A stretch of 64,000 nt of DNA from Rhabdochlamydiaceae bacterium (GTDB lineage Bacteria > Chlamydiota > Chlamydiia > Chlamydiales > Rhabdochlamydiaceae), in the NCBI GenBank assembly GCA_019745395.1, contig JAIETG010000010.1, positions 34,796-98,795 of the forward strand, given 5' to 3'. Made by a program: the position numbers and the translations under genes. Shown piece by piece: positions 1-11,086 of the stretch (positions are counted from its first letter, which is position 1; every line of letters starts with the position of its first letter). A model generated the notes under the pieces. It was not told the origin of the DNA. It was given only the letters and a program-made list of their open reading frames with translations, and did no database searches.

Positions 1-568
1 AGGATCCTTCTCTCAATCGAATCTTCACAACATCATCAGAAATAAGACGGTGCCCTCTTTCGATCATGCCAAGGGCAGCTTCGCTTTTTCCTATAGAAGA
101 GTCGCCTTGGATCAATACTCCTACCCCAAAGGCTTCTACAAGAGTTCCATGACAAGTCATACCAGGAGAAAACTCCTCTTGGAGTGAATAAGTTACGCGT
201 GTTAAACAATCTATAGTCTTCATTTTCGTTCGAAAAAGCGGCAAAGCGTTTTGTTCGCAATAACGAGTAATTTCTCGAGGCGGAGAGTAGCGTCCTGCTA
301 TGATAATCGCAGGCGTTTTAGGAGTTAAAATTCCCTGGATTCTTTCAAGACGAACATTCTCATCCAAATCTCGCAAATAACCAATTTCCAAAGTCCCTAA
401 AATCAGCACTCGTTGATTGACATAATTCTTCAAATACCCAGATAAGCTCAAACCCGGTCTTTGCGCTTCAGGAACCCTGATAGAACGAGAAAATCCTTTT
501 TGTCCTGTAATAATAGAAAGAGAAAGTGTCTCTTTATATTTTTCATAGAACTCTTTCACGCAATACAT
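1..568 (-). CDS. hprK: HPr kinase/phosphorylase, N-terminal ~189 codons (C-terminal part lies outside the window)
   Basis: Hand translation of the minus strand from the ATG at ~568 gives MYCVKEFYEKY...TCHGTLVEAFGVGVLIQGDSSIGKSEAALGMIERGHRLISDDVVKIRL. The P-loop GDSxIGKSE followed by ERGHRLxxDD is the HprK signature. It is absent from the ORF track because no stop falls inside the window. The listed 36..260 ORF is out of frame within it. Confidence 0.8.
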   Translation of the reverse strand, partial: MYCVKEFYEKYKETLSLSIITGQKGFSRSIRVPEAQRPGLSLSGYLKNYVNQRVLILGTLEIGYLRDLDENVRLERIQGILTPKTPAIIIAGRYSPPREITRYCEQNALPLFRTKMKTIDCLTRVTYSLQEEFSPGMTCHGTLVEAFGVGVLIQGDSSIGKSEAALGMIERGHRLISDDVVKIRLREGS

Positions 569-746
569 ATAGAGCCTTGCTTTTTTAGAAAATGTTATGA
601 TAAAAAAGAGCATTTTGCAAAGAAAAAAATAGGGCTTCAAAAATGTGCCCTGTAGAGCACTTTTGGCCGTAGAATGGATATTTTAGCAGCTTATGTAAGC
701 TTCCAAAATAACAGTGTTTTGTAAAGAGAATAGGGAAATTCTTTTA

Positions 747-3287
747 TTAGAACCCCAAATCTAAACCTGAATTTTCAGCAAGCTGCATATCTTGCCTCAG
801 AGTCCTATGAGCCATATAGTTGATATAAGAAAACCAAGAATAAAGTCCCGAATCCTTCAAAACACTGTCGAATATACTAGATAATATTTTCAAGGATTCA
901 CTAGATAACGTTATTAATAATCCTTTAAACAGCTCTTTTGAAACTTTTCTTTGAGGATCGAGAAAATGCAACGCACGAATATACCCTTTTTCAAACGCCT
1001 TTTTCGCAGCAGTTCGTCTAAAGCCCTCAGAAATTACGTAGTTCTCTACAAGAAGCCTTGCAATTGCCAAACGATCCGAAGTAACAGCTTGAATTAGGAA
1101 CTCCCCGAAATCAAAATCACTCTGCTCCAATTTTAAAAGACTCGAAAGGCTCTCTACAACACGAATATTATCTGATTTGATAGCACCTTCTAAAAGATCT
1201 GGCAAACTAGGAAAGTCCTTAGATATTGATAAAATAGACAAACCCCTCTGACGAAGAGCATCGTTTTGATCGGCGAGATTAGGGGGATTCTCCGAAATGG
1301 TTTTTACAATCGCTAAGAGAGCTTCTTTATCTTCTTGAGAAAGATTGGTACAAGACAATAAGAAAGATACCATAAAGGAATCTGGAAACTCAGCTAGCAC
1401 AGATTCTAAAAGAATTTGGTTGAAATACTGATCCCTGATTTTTTTTAAAGGTGATGAATTGTCTAATTCCCATACCAATCGATGCACGATAGAGACACAC
1501 CCGGATTTGACCGCAACACTCAAAAATCCACTTACATCCTCAAAAGAAAACTTCCCTATGACAAGAAGCCTATCAACTAAAAATCTTTGCTTGCAAAGCA
1601 CTGCTAAGCTTAATGCATATTTTAAACTAGATGGAGAAATCTCTTTTAGTTTTTCTTCCAAAAAAAACCTAACCACGGCTACTTGTCCCTTCCTTACTGC
1701 GCTCTCAAAAATCTGCTCAAGATGAACACCTTGCAAATTATAATGTTCAATCACATGTTTTATGATCTCCAAATGGACTTTTTCTGTAGCCAGATTAACA
1801 AAGTCATCGAATATGTTTTTGTTCGCAAGTAAGTTCCAATCTCTTAAAAGCATTTTCGCAAAATCTAAATCACCCTCTTCCACCGCACTTAAAAAAGGAG
1901 AATTCGGATAACCTGGTATAACAGCATTATTAGAGGATTTTTCTTTATTTAACTTTTCCCTGCCAGCCTCAATAAAGGATTCCACTTCGTTAAGTGGACG
2001 AACTGCTAATCTGGGGGTGCTATAAAGGGATGCACATTTTTCGACAGTTTTATTCAATCTATATTTTTTGAAGCCTCGGTACACATTATTCATTTCCTGT
2101 AGTTCTTCATGCAACCAAACTTGAAGAGATTTATACGTACAACTTCCAGTTTTTTGAGGGGTATAGGGCTTCCCCTCTGATAAAATTTTTCTTGCCCCGC
2201 CCTTCCAGCACAATTGAGCATCGAAGATATCATAGATGCTGTCATCATCCGCTAATACGACAGCTCTAGAGGCCATTGCAAGCACTTCTTCCCCAAGAAA
2301 TTTCTCTATAGAATCACGTGAAATGTCCTTATAAACAATCGGATAGACCTTGCCTCCTACTCGTTGATGGATGGGCCCACCATCTGTATTGTACATTTTA
2401 CACTGAAAACTTTCTTTGTCTTTTCTAACTTCTAATAAAATTGCGTGACGACCTACTTGCCCCTCCTTGACATGTATACTATAACTGTGGGGCACAATGA
2501 AACTCTCGCCATCTTGAAGATTTTCCAATCTTGATTCTATAAGCTTTTTGAATTGCTCTTGCAAGTCGCCTATTGGCAAATGATCTGCTAATGAATCCAT
2601 GATTTTTTCGTACGATTGCGTTTCAAGCGAGCATTCAGATGAAGCTAGAAACCCCTCTTCATAGTGGAGTCTGAGCAAAAGAGAGAGATTTTTAGCCGCG
2701 TGTAATTTATCAATAGATTTTTGTATTTTTTCTATTTCATTGGGTTTCAATTTAGATTTGGAAAACTCTAAAAATTCTCTTAATTCTTTCTCTAGATGGA
2801 ATAATTGCAAAAAAATTTGGCTCCCGTCAAATTCAGAAGATTCTTTTGTTTGAGTAGTAAAATAGAGTTGCTGAATGGAAAAAAAATCAGATTCTAGCAT
2901 TTGGGGAATAGATGCTTTTAAAAAACTGACTTGAGACAAATTTGCTATTACTAAATCGTGCTCGTTTGGTTTCGTTTGGGTGCGAATACAATCACTTATT
3001 ACCCGCAGCCGCTCAGATCTATTTCCTTTTGTCAAAATAACATTTAAAGAGCTTTCTCCTCCTTCTATTTTCTCTTGGACGACACGTCTAGGAAGGAAAA
3101 CTTTCCTTTTTCTCAAGCGATTTTCAGGGCACAAAAGAACCGAAATGTAAGGCTTTTCAATATTACTTTTACCTAAATTTCTGATTCTTTGGCACATACC
3201 CTCGCAAGACCATGGATCTATTACCTTATCGAAAGGGATCCAATCCCTATCTGCACGAACGATAATATTCTGATTTTCCACACTCAC
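747..3287 (-). CDS. Large lineage-specific protein (846 aa) with a clan-CE-like His/Asp/Gln/Cys pattern and a C-terminal ankyrin-like helical repeat region; putative host-targeting effector
   Basis: Long uninterrupted ORF. GRHAILLEV...MYNTDGG...TPQKTGSCTYKS at aa ~281-383. Repeated xxAVxxGxxxxVxxLL-type units in aa ~470-800. No housekeeping family recognised. Confidence 0.6.
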   Translation of the reverse strand: MSVENQNIIVRADRDWIPFDKVIDPWSCEGMCQRIRNLGKSNIEKPYISVLLCPENRLRKRKVFLPRRVVQEKIEGGESSLNVILTKGNRSERLRVISDCIRTQTKPNEHDLVIANLSQVSFLKASIPQMLESDFFSIQQLYFTTQTKESSEFDGSQIFLQLFHLEKELREFLEFSKSKLKPNEIEKIQKSIDKLHAAKNLSLLLRLHYEEGFLASSECSLETQSYEKIMDSLADHLPIGDLQEQFKKLIESRLENLQDGESFIVPHSYSIHVKEGQVGRHAILLEVRKDKESFQCKMYNTDGGPIHQRVGGKVYPIVYKDISRDSIEKFLGEEVLAMASRAVVLADDDSIYDIFDAQLCWKGGARKILSEGKPYTPQKTGSCTYKSLQVWLHEELQEMNNVYRGFKKYRLNKTVEKCASLYSTPRLAVRPLNEVESFIEAGREKLNKEKSSNNAVIPGYPNSPFLSAVEEGDLDFAKMLLRDWNLLANKNIFDDFVNLATEKVHLEIIKHVIEHYNLQGVHLEQIFESAVRKGQVAVVRFFLEEKLKEISPSSLKYALSLAVLCKQRFLVDRLLVIGKFSFEDVSGFLSVAVKSGCVSIVHRLVWELDNSSPLKKIRDQYFNQILLESVLAEFPDSFMVSFLLSCTNLSQEDKEALLAIVKTISENPPNLADQNDALRQRGLSILSISKDFPSLPDLLEGAIKSDNIRVVESLSSLLKLEQSDFDFGEFLIQAVTSDRLAIARLLVENYVISEGFRRTAAKKAFEKGYIRALHFLDPQRKVSKELFKGLLITLSSESLKILSSIFDSVLKDSGLYSWFSYINYMAHRTLRQDMQLAENSGLDLGF

Positions 3288-3603
3288 GAAAACACCACAT
3301 TACATTACCATTCAATTATATCAATTTTAAATTTTAATTTAAACCTAAAACCAACCAATATAATAATTAACTGAAAACGCCGCATCAAAAGAAATAAAAC
3401 ACTTACTTCCAACAACTTAAGACGCACAATCAGCAAATGCACCTAACATAAAAACATTGAATTAAAACAAATAATTCAATAAAATTATAAATGACCCTAT
3501 AACGTTTGATAACCGAAGAGAATATCTTGAAAAAAGTTGCGATCCAAGTTCCGAAACTTTTGCAGAGTATCTTCGAAGCAAACTATAAAATAGGGAAACT
3601 GCC

Positions 3604-4791
3604 ATGGACTCTGTAAATAACATCTCCTGCACTGCAGCGCTAGCCTTAGATCCCAGTCGCGCTTTACCAACGCAATTGCATGAGGAAAAAAACTCAGAAA
3701 TACTACAAATTTTCGAAGATAAAGCGTTTGCAAAAGCCCCTTCCGCATCAAGACCTACCTTGAAAGCAGAACCAAAAGTTAAATCTACAAGATTAAACGA
3801 TGTTCTCCCTCGATTAACAGGCCCTCACCCTATTGGACATACCCAATTCATTCTTGAAGGACCTAAACACACATCCCCCTTCGGAGACTACTACATTGGA
3901 GTAGAAATTTACGCTCCTACACAAGATCACACATCGGATAGCAAACTCCGAATCCATTCTGAACAGTATGCAAACGAACGAAACAACATCTATTTAGATA
4001 GAGAACTATCTGCAGAACAAAAAGCAACTCTTCACTCGCATGCTCAAGACACTTTACGTCTTGAAACAAAAATGCCTGTCATAGTCTTTTCTCATAGGCT
4101 TGATGGGAATCCTACTGACTATCGAGCTCTCCTAGAGGAATTGGCAAGTCATGGATATATCGTTGTTAGCCTAAACCATCCTTCGAGCTCTAGCTACGCA
4201 CCTTTTAGTGAAGAAACACTGCAAACAAATGGCCTACCTCCTGGAGGACGACGTAACGAAGAATTCATGGCAGAAGTTGCAAGGTTAGCTGTCCTACAAG
4301 CTGATAACATCGCATTTGTAGTAGAACGTATCCGAGAAGGAGGATTACCAGAATTATCGAATCTAGGTCCTTTAGATCAAATCGTATTAGCAGGTCATTC
4401 AGTAGGTGGAGCAGCATCCATCATCGCAGCTAGAAGAGATCCTCGTATTTCAGGCTGCATTAATTTAGATGGAGGATTGCTAGGAGATGGACATACTCAA
4501 GGAATAATAAGTCCAACTCTCACACTTCTTTCCAAACCTGTAAAAAAATCCGATGCAAATTTTGCCATGCAACAAAAAATCACGGAAGATATAGTGACTT
4601 TTCACCACAACTGCGCACTTTCTCAAAAAGAAAAAATAGATGGCTGTACGCATTACGACTTTGGGTCTACACCTGCAATCCTGTTTCATCTAATAGGAGA
4701 AAAACCTATCGCCGGATCTTTGCACGGAGCTTTACAAACACACAAAATAGCCTCTTTGAAAATCGTACAGTTTTTGAAGTCTCATTTATAA
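3604..4791 (+). CDS. Alpha/beta-hydrolase, PAF-acetylhydrolase/lipase-like
   Basis: VIVFSHRLDGNPTDYRALLEELASHGYIVVSLNHP, then the nucleophile elbow LAGHSVGGAA (GxSxG). Later NLDGG and CTHYDF are candidate Asp and His residues. The first ~80 aa are low-complexity. Confidence 0.7.
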   Translation: MDSVNNISCTAALALDPSRALPTQLHEEKNSEILQIFEDKAFAKAPSASRPTLKAEPKVKSTRLNDVLPRLTGPHPIGHTQFILEGPKHTSPFGDYYIGVEIYAPTQDHTSDSKLRIHSEQYANERNNIYLDRELSAEQKATLHSHAQDTLRLETKMPVIVFSHRLDGNPTDYRALLEELASHGYIVVSLNHPSSSSYAPFSEETLQTNGLPPGGRRNEEFMAEVARLAVLQADNIAFVVERIREGGLPELSNLGPLDQIVLAGHSVGGAASIIAARRDPRISGCINLDGGLLGDGHTQGIISPTLTLLSKPVKKSDANFAMQQKITEDIVTFHHNCALSQKEKIDGCTHYDFGSTPAILFHLIGEKPIAGSLHGALQTHKIASLKIVQFLKSHL

Positions 4792-4891
4792 ACTGCAAAA
4801 ATCGCTCAAAACCCCATGAAATAATATACTGTATTTTGAAATGGCTTTTTAATACTATCACCCCAAGTTGAAAAATTTTGGAAAGGCATAA

Positions 4892-5704
4892 ATGAAAATA
4901 CTCGTAATGGGCGCTGGATATGTTGGGATGGCCCTGCTCACCTTTTTACAAGATCTAGATCATGAAGTTTACCTCACCACAACCGAGGAAAACAGAGTAG
5001 AAGCTCTTAAGCCTTACGGAAAAGGCGTATTAGTACTACGTTCTAATCATGATCAAGAACTCTGGGATTTGATGGATTTATGCGACGCCATGATCGTACT
5101 TATCGCTCCTAAAAATTCACAAAATTACCAAACGACCTATCTAAATACGGCACAAAGAATTTCCTTAGGATTAACAAACAGAAAACGGCCTTTTTCTCTT
5201 TTATATACGAGCAGCACTTCTGTATACGAAGAAGCGTCAAGCGATTTAGTCACTGAAGATACATCTGTAAATCCTCCATCAGAAAATGGGAAAATATTAC
5301 TCGAAACAGAAAGATGTTATTTAAATTCTAAAGCATCGACATGCATTCTCCGGTTAGGAGGCATTTATGGACCTAAAAGAGCATTAGAAGAGCGCGCTAA
5401 ACGTTTTTCTGGCAAAGAAATGACAGGTACAGGAAACGAAGCAACTAACCACATTCATTTAGAGGATATTGTAAGAGGCATACTATTTTGCTTAGAGTAC
5501 TCTCTAACGGGCACTTACAATTTAGTGAATGATGATCACCCAAAACGCAAAAAACTCTACTGTGATCTCTGCCATTTAACGAACCTTCCTCTTCCTATAT
5601 GGAATCCTGATATTTGCATATCAACAAAAGGTGGATATATAGTCTCAAATACAAAAATCAAAGAAGCTGGCTTTGTTTTTCGCCATCCAAGACTATTTGA
5701 CTAA
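4892..5704 (+). CDS. NAD(P)-binding Rossmann-fold protein (extended SDR / epimerase-dehydratase-like)
   Basis: N-terminal MKILVMGAGYVGMAL (GxGxxG). 270 aa. Family-level call only. Confidence 0.65.
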   Translation: MKILVMGAGYVGMALLTFLQDLDHEVYLTTTEENRVEALKPYGKGVLVLRSNHDQELWDLMDLCDAMIVLIAPKNSQNYQTTYLNTAQRISLGLTNRKRPFSLLYTSSTSVYEEASSDLVTEDTSVNPPSENGKILLETERCYLNSKASTCILRLGGIYGPKRALEERAKRFSGKEMTGTGNEATNHIHLEDIVRGILFCLEYSLTGTYNLVNDDHPKRKKLYCDLCHLTNLPLPIWNPDICISTKGGYIVSNTKIKEAGFVFRHPRLFD

Positions 5705-5738
5705 ATAGCTATTGTTCGGTCAAGTATAGAATTTAACG

Positions 5739-6332
5739 TCATAAAACATACGCCATAAATGCTAGATTTGCACCAATCTCAGAAACTTCCATTAGAGTAG
5801 TAAGTGGCATTAAAATTCTCTGATACCATCTTACAACCTCTTCATGGCGATCTCTTCCATATTCGAGTTTTTCTAATGCTGTCTTGTTCTTTTTAAAGGC
5901 TGTTTTGATTTTAGCATCTTCTTTTTTACACATACAGTCTTGATAGGATTGAGACCAGGTTCTGTTTTGCTTATATTTTTTCCATAAGGCATTAACGCTA
6001 GCAAACTTATCACCCAATGCTTTTTTCGTTATTTCAAAGTTTTCCTGATCTGCCTCAGTGCGATTTGTTTTATTCCCTATTGTTCCTTCATGAAGTCCAG
6101 CAAAGTTTGTGTATATCCTATTCATTTTCTTTAATAGGTTTTTCATATCCTGAAAATTGCCAGGTACTTCCGAAGACACAGAATCGATTTCATGATCAAT
6201 TTCCGAATAATCCACAGAACCTAGGGACCCGATTCTAGAATCAGTTTTACGATTAGCCATTTGAACGCCTTCACGACTAAGAAAGTTCGGATTGGCATTT
6301 TCCCTTGAATTACTCATGTAACCAGAAATCAT
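5739..6332 (-). CDS. Hypothetical protein with a C-terminal hydrophobic tail
   Basis: 197-aa ORF preceded by a long AT-rich spacer. The only hydrophobic segment is the extreme C-terminus (LTTLMEVSEIGANLAFMAYVL). Confidence 0.45.
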   Translation of the reverse strand: MISGYMSNSRENANPNFLSREGVQMANRKTDSRIGSLGSVDYSEIDHEIDSVSSEVPGNFQDMKNLLKKMNRIYTNFAGLHEGTIGNKTNRTEADQENFEITKKALGDKFASVNALWKKYKQNRTWSQSYQDCMCKKEDAKIKTAFKKNKTALEKLEYGRDRHEEVVRWYQRILMPLTTLMEVSEIGANLAFMAYVL

Positions 6333-6666
6333 AAAAAAACCAAATTAAATTAAGATAATTAAAATTATACAACATAAAACAATTTAATTCAACAAACTAA
6401 CAGCCAACACATTCAAAACTTAATAACATAAAATTTAAATAATACACAAACCCATCATTAAATATTTTCATCATACTAAGATGAAACCTGGAAAAGTGAA
6501 ACATCGAAAACGACGTGCAACCCACCTAATCAACTTACAATTAAATAAATACGATCAATCTAAGCCTATATCTTGTTATTATTTTCTATCAACTCGATAT
6601 TTTAAGACTAGAAATTGCAATAGGTTATTATTAAAAAAAATCGAATCTTACCCTGCCGGGCGCACA

Positions 6667-6702
6667 ATAAAAAAGGCGCTTTGTGGATCTCACAAAGCGC
6701 CT
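6667..6702 (-). terminator. Rho-independent terminator downstream of ftsH
   Basis: 12-bp stem aggcgctttgtg / cacaaagcgcct with a 5-nt loop, followed on the minus strand by a T6 run. It lies ~25 nt after the ftsH stop. Confidence 0.8.
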
Positions 6703-6726
6703 TCGACGACTTCAAAAACAACCGAA

Positions 6727-9471
6727 CTATCCTTGCTGAGGAAGTGGGTCGTTATAAGATTTAGAAATGTCTTTAGGAGTAGAATCTTTAGAACCAGGAG
6801 CTGGCGGTGGAAGTTTACGATTCAAATTTTCCAGCGCTTTTTCCTTTTCTTTTTTCTTCTCTTCATCCCATTGACCATCCATGATCAACTTAACATCATC
6901 TCTATCCAGAGACTCAAATTGCATAAGCATGTCGGCCATTAGCTGCACTTGCTCTTTATGAGCCAAAATTAGATTTTTTGCTGACTCATGAGCTGCATCT
7001 AAAATCCTTCTCACTTCCTCATCGATACTTTTTGCTGTTTCTTGAGAATACATTTTCTCTTGATAGCTCGGCATGCCCAGATACTGTCCCTGCTCACTTC
7101 TTTCGTCATAAGCAACAGCGCCGAGTTTATCAGTCATACCCCACTCACAAACCATGCATCTTACCAAGCGAGTTGCTTGAGTAATATCCATTTGGGCTCC
7201 ACTAGACATGTCTCCTAAGAATATCTCTTCGGCAACTCTACCTCCCATCAATACAGCCAACTGGTCTAAGATCTCTTTTTTCCAGTAGCTGACTCGATTT
7301 TTTTTCGGCATGAAATGCGTGGCTCCCAAAGAAAGGCCTCGAGGAATAATCGTTACCTTTTCTACAGGGTCAGAATGTTCGACGCAAAGAGCTACAACAG
7401 CATGTCCAGATTCGTGGATAGCTGTAGTTTGCTTCTCTGTTTGATCGAGCTCCAAACTTCTTCTTTCTTTTCCGTAGCGCACTTTATCACAAGCTTCTGC
7501 TACATCTTGCTCTGCTACAGACGTACGATTTTTGCGAGCTGCCAATAGAGCTGATTCATTCAAAATATTCGCAAGATCCGCCCCTGATGCTCCAGGAGTA
7601 TTGCGAGCAATATTCATTAAATCCACCCCAGCATCGAGCTTAATTTTTCTGGCATGTACTTTCAAGATCTCAAAACGTCCCTTAATATCAGGAAGATCGA
7701 TAACAATTCTTCGATCAAAACGACCTGGTCTTAAAAGAGCTTTATCCAAAACATCTGGTCTATTGGTTGCGGCAATTAAAATAACGCCTTCACTTGTGTC
7801 AAAACCATCCATCTCGACTAAGAGCTGATTGAGCGTTTGCTCTCTTTCATCATGCCCACCGCCAATTCCAGCTCCTCTGTGACGCCCTACAGCATCAATC
7901 TCATCCATAAAGATGATACAAGGAGCTTGTTTTTTAGCCTGATCAAAAAGATCTCGGATTCTACTAGCTCCAACCCCTACAAACATCTCTACGAAGTCTG
8001 ATCCAGAAATAGAGAAGAACGGACGATCAGCCTCTCCAGCGACGGCTTTAGCGATCAACGTCTTACCAGTTCCTGGAGCTCCAACACAGAGAACACCCTT
8101 GGGAATTCTTGCTCCAAGAGCAGTAAACCGTGTAGGATCTTTAAGAAATTCCACAATCTCTTGAAGCTCTTCTTTAGCTTCATCACAACCTGCAACGTCC
8201 TTAAACGTTATCTTATTTTTTTCTTTTGTCAAAAGCTTAGCTGGCGCCTTTCCAAAAGTCATTGCACTTGATCCAACACCTTTCATTTGGCGAGAAAAGA
8301 CAAAGTACAACAGTAAAACAACTAAAATAACCGGCATCAGGGTCAAAAGATAGCTTAGATAATTAGGAGATGGCTGCTCACTTTTAAACATCTTATCGAG
8401 CACTACGTTGCGAGGTTGGTCAGGCGCTTTAAATTCAGCTCCTTTATTTCCTGCAAAATGATCCCACTCGAGTTTAGCTTGGGCATACCATTGGGAAAAA
8501 ACTTCCACATCTTGTTTTTCTAAGGCTCTTGTTGAGAGCTCTTTATTATTGAAAAACCAAATGACATTAGAAACAGATTGTCTTGCTTTGTCTAGTTGCG
8601 CTTCATTTTTCTCTAGTTCTTCTGCAAGAGTCGTTGACTGATCTAAAGCAAGTTTATAGCTGCGAACACTGCGCAAAGGTAGTAAACGGATATTTTGTTT
8701 ACTTGTATTGATCTCCGTTACCATAGCCTGCAAAGAAGCTACTGTTTCTTTATATGTAACAAGCTTTTTCTCAGAAGACTCTGTACTTGAAGCCGCTAAC
8801 GATTGCTCTAAGGTTCGCAATTTTTGTTTCATCTCTTCATTGCCAATACCAAGAGCTGGTGAGCGAAATCCTTGAACAAGACTTGTGAGCTCATCTCCAA
8901 AAGAAGAGATTTCTGAGTCTGATGCTGAAGAAAGCGATGGAAGCTTTGCGCTTAAAGCGGCAAGACTCACTACACTGCGACCTGATAATTGATCAATGAC
9001 TATGGCGTTATTTCTAAGAGCTGTATCATATACAGGATCAACAACAGGATATCCTTCCTTGGGAACGGCAAGACCACTAAGCTTTAAAAACCAATCCGCA
9101 GCATCCTGAACATTAGGCTTGAGTGTGTTCATTTCGTTTTCTGCGCTACTAATTTCCGACTTCAGCTCGTGATTAGCATTTAAAAGCTCCAGATAACGAT
9201 CTCGAGCCCGAGCGTCATTAGATAGAGTCTCTTTAAATTTCCCGCTAAAAGTCACTAAGTTGTCATTTAAAGCAAATTTGCGACTTTCTTGAGGCTGGAT
9301 CAAATCCAAATTGACGAGATGCTCTACTTGATGACTAAAGGACACCTTGGCCATAGGCTCATTATTGATGCTCTGAATGGTCAAGATTACTAATAAGGCA
9401 GCTAGTAAAAAAACAAAAAAACCGCCAGGAAAACCTTTTTTTTCAGACTTGGGATTGTTATCAGTACTCAT
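6727..9471 (-). CDS. ftsH: ATP-dependent zinc metalloprotease FtsH, long form with extended periplasmic N-terminal region
   Basis: Walker [10 protein letters not shown], Walker [13 protein letters not shown] region [20 protein letters not shown], zinc site HESGHAV, N-terminal TM segment. Confidence 0.95.
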   Translation of the reverse strand: MSTDNNPKSEKKGFPGGFFVFLLAALLVILTIQSINNEPMAKVSFSHQVEHLVNLDLIQPQESRKFALNDNLVTFSGKFKETLSNDARARDRYLELLNANHELKSEISSAENEMNTLKPNVQDAADWFLKLSGLAVPKEGYPVVDPVYDTALRNNAIVIDQLSGRSVVSLAALSAKLPSLSSASDSEISSFGDELTSLVQGFRSPALGIGNEEMKQKLRTLEQSLAASSTESSEKKLVTYKETVASLQAMVTEINTSKQNIRLLPLRSVRSYKLALDQSTTLAEELEKNEAQLDKARQSVSNVIWFFNNKELSTRALEKQDVEVFSQWYAQAKLEWDHFAGNKGAEFKAPDQPRNVVLDKMFKSEQPSPNYLSYLLTLMPVILVVLLLYFVFSRQMKGVGSSAMTFGKAPAKLLTKEKNKITFKDVAGCDEAKEELQEIVEFLKDPTRFTALGARIPKGVLCVGAPGTGKTLIAKAVAGEADRPFFSISGSDFVEMFVGVGASRIRDLFDQAKKQAPCIIFMDEIDAVGRHRGAGIGGGHDEREQTLNQLLVEMDGFDTSEGVILIAATNRPDVLDKALLRPGRFDRRIVIDLPDIKGRFEILKVHARKIKLDAGVDLMNIARNTPGASGADLANILNESALLAARKNRTSVAEQDVAEACDKVRYGKERRSLELDQTEKQTTAIHESGHAVVALCVEHSDPVEKVTIIPRGLSLGATHFMPKKNRVSYWKKEILDQLAVLMGGRVAEEIFLGDMSSGAQMDITQATRLVRCMVCEWGMTDKLGAVAYDERSEQGQYLGMPSYQEKMYSQETAKSIDEEVRRILDAAHESAKNLILAHKEQVQLMADMLMQFESLDRDDVKLIMDGQWDEEKKKEKEKALENLNRKLPPPAPGSKDSTPKDISKSYNDPLPQQG

Positions 9472-9555
9472 TATAACACAACCATTTGTTTAAATTCGAA
9501 AGAACGCAAATTCCAGAAAAGAAAAAGCTAAGGCTAGAAAAGCCTACACCTTCCC

Positions 9556-10959
9556 TTACTCCCACTCATCCGAAGCATAGCAGAAAGGAAATATATTGTC
9601 TTTTAATTCGCAGCTTTTTTTTAAAATAATGTTTAAAAAAGCCGAAAGCTCATTATATTTCAATTCACAATCAAAACAAAAAGAACAACAAACAAAACCA
9701 CTTTCATTAATTATATAAGGAAACATTCTCTTCAATCGGGAAGGCACTTTATTTTTAGATAAATACTGAGTAACTTTTTCCTGATCTTTTCTAGCTAGAT
9801 TATCATAAGAGGAAAAAGCAAAAGAAGCCCCCCCTTCAAGGCTGTAAGAAACCTTACCAGAGAGAAAAGAACAAAGAATTCCTTGGGAAGGTAATGGTTC
9901 TGCGCTTTTGCGCACCTCCCACTCCCAAGCCCCTTGCTGCATAGATGATTTTCCCTCTAACCAAGAACCCCTCCCCTGAAAAACTGGCATCACTTCTTTC
10001 CACCAAAGCAAGGCCCCTTTCTCTATCCAAAGCTCTCCTTGAGACACATCCACCTTCTTTCCCACAGAAAGATCTTCCAACAGATCTAAAGCTGTTTTAA
10101 GAGAGGTGTAACTAATAGTCGTCCGATGTTTTTTTAAAAACAATCGAACCAGTTCTTGCTTTTCCCAAAGATCCAACTCCGAGAACTTCTGAACAGGAAG
10201 AAAAGCTCCATTCTCACCCTCTATAGATTGGTCGAGATAAGGGATCAACCGCTTTTCTACCGAAGACTTTAACAAAGCAAGCTCTTGACTAACACGGGTC
10301 AGACTGTGACAAATATTTTTCCCAAAATATTGTTGCAACTGAGGAAAAATATCTTGCCGCATCCTAGGTCTTAAAAAGCGAGGATCTTGATTAGTTCTAT
10401 CTTGAAAAGGCACCCAAGAACTTTTGTCGTTCCGTCTACACAGATCTTCTCGAGATACAGAAAGCAAGGGACGCCATATCACCATTCCTTCATAAAACGA
10501 GCAAGATTCCATTCCTCCTAACGACAAAACCCCCGCCCCCTCAAAAATTCTCTTTAACACAGTTTCAGCCTGATCCTCTCTTTGATGAGCTAAGACTAAA
10601 GCTTGCGCTCCCACTTCTTTGTAGATCTTTTGAAAAAATGCAAACCGCTGCTGCCTCGCTATATCTTCTAAATTGGACTGATGTATAGTCTCTATGGAAG
10701 CTCTTTCCACATAAAAAGGCAAAGAGAACTCTTTCACAAACTCTTGAAGAAGAGCTGCCTCTAAAGCGCTCTCCTCTCTCCAGCCATGATCAAAATGCGC
10801 TACGTGTAGATTGAGATCAAAAAAAAAGCGACATTCTAATAGAAGAGAAAATAGAGCAGAGGAATCCACGCCCCCTGATAGACCTATCACAATAGGTCTA
10901 TCACTCTTCCAATGTAGAGTTAAAAAGTCTTTCACAACTTTTACTAAAAGATTTTTCAT
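9556..10959 (-). CDS. tilS: tRNA(Ile)-lysidine synthase
   Basis: PP-loop motif GLSGGVDSSAL near the N-terminus. The tilS-ftsH neighbourhood is widely conserved. Confidence 0.85.
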   Translation of the reverse strand: MKNLLVKVVKDFLTLHWKSDRPIVIGLSGGVDSSALFSLLLECRFFFDLNLHVAHFDHGWREESALEAALLQEFVKEFSLPFYVERASIETIHQSNLEDIARQQRFAFFQKIYKEVGAQALVLAHQREDQAETVLKRIFEGAGVLSLGGMESCSFYEGMVIWRPLLSVSREDLCRRNDKSSWVPFQDRTNQDPRFLRPRMRQDIFPQLQQYFGKNICHSLTRVSQELALLKSSVEKRLIPYLDQSIEGENGAFLPVQKFSELDLWEKQELVRLFLKKHRTTISYTSLKTALDLLEDLSVGKKVDVSQGELWIEKGALLWWKEVMPVFQGRGSWLEGKSSMQQGAWEWEVRKSAEPLPSQGILCSFLSGKVSYSLEGGASFAFSSYDNLARKDQEKVTQYLSKNKVPSRLKRMFPYIINESGFVCCSFCFDCELKYNELSAFLNIILKKSCELKDNIFPFCYASDEWE

Positions 10960-11086
10960 TTGCGAAAATTAAAGATGAAATAAATATGATTCAAGTTTAC
11001 ACGAAATTCTTATTTTAAGAAAAGTTCTGTAAGAAATATCTGATCTTTTATACAATCCCTTCCAATCATTAACAGAGAAATGTCCT

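Noticed and set aside
36-260. 74-aa minus-strand ORF listed in the track
   Set aside because: It is out of frame within the hprK coding region, whose own frame gives an unmistakable HprK P-loop region.
3288-3480. Recurrent G-poor, A/C-rich long spacers on the + strand (also ~6333-6480, 25301-25478, 32600-32935, 41843-42150, 48140-48440, 48890-49097, 52131-52350). Considered as a dispersed repeat family or array leader.
   Set aside because: I could find no shared sequence block, only shared composition. Most conserved genes are on the minus strand, so the + strand is probably the lagging strand and the bias is ordinary replication-strand skew in unconstrained DNA.
6481-6942. 153-aa + ORF spanning the ftsH terminator and the ftsH 3' end
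   Set aside because: It crosses a strong hairpin terminator and is antisense to a highly conserved gene. Its composition is Lys/Arg-rich junk typical of AT-rich spacers.
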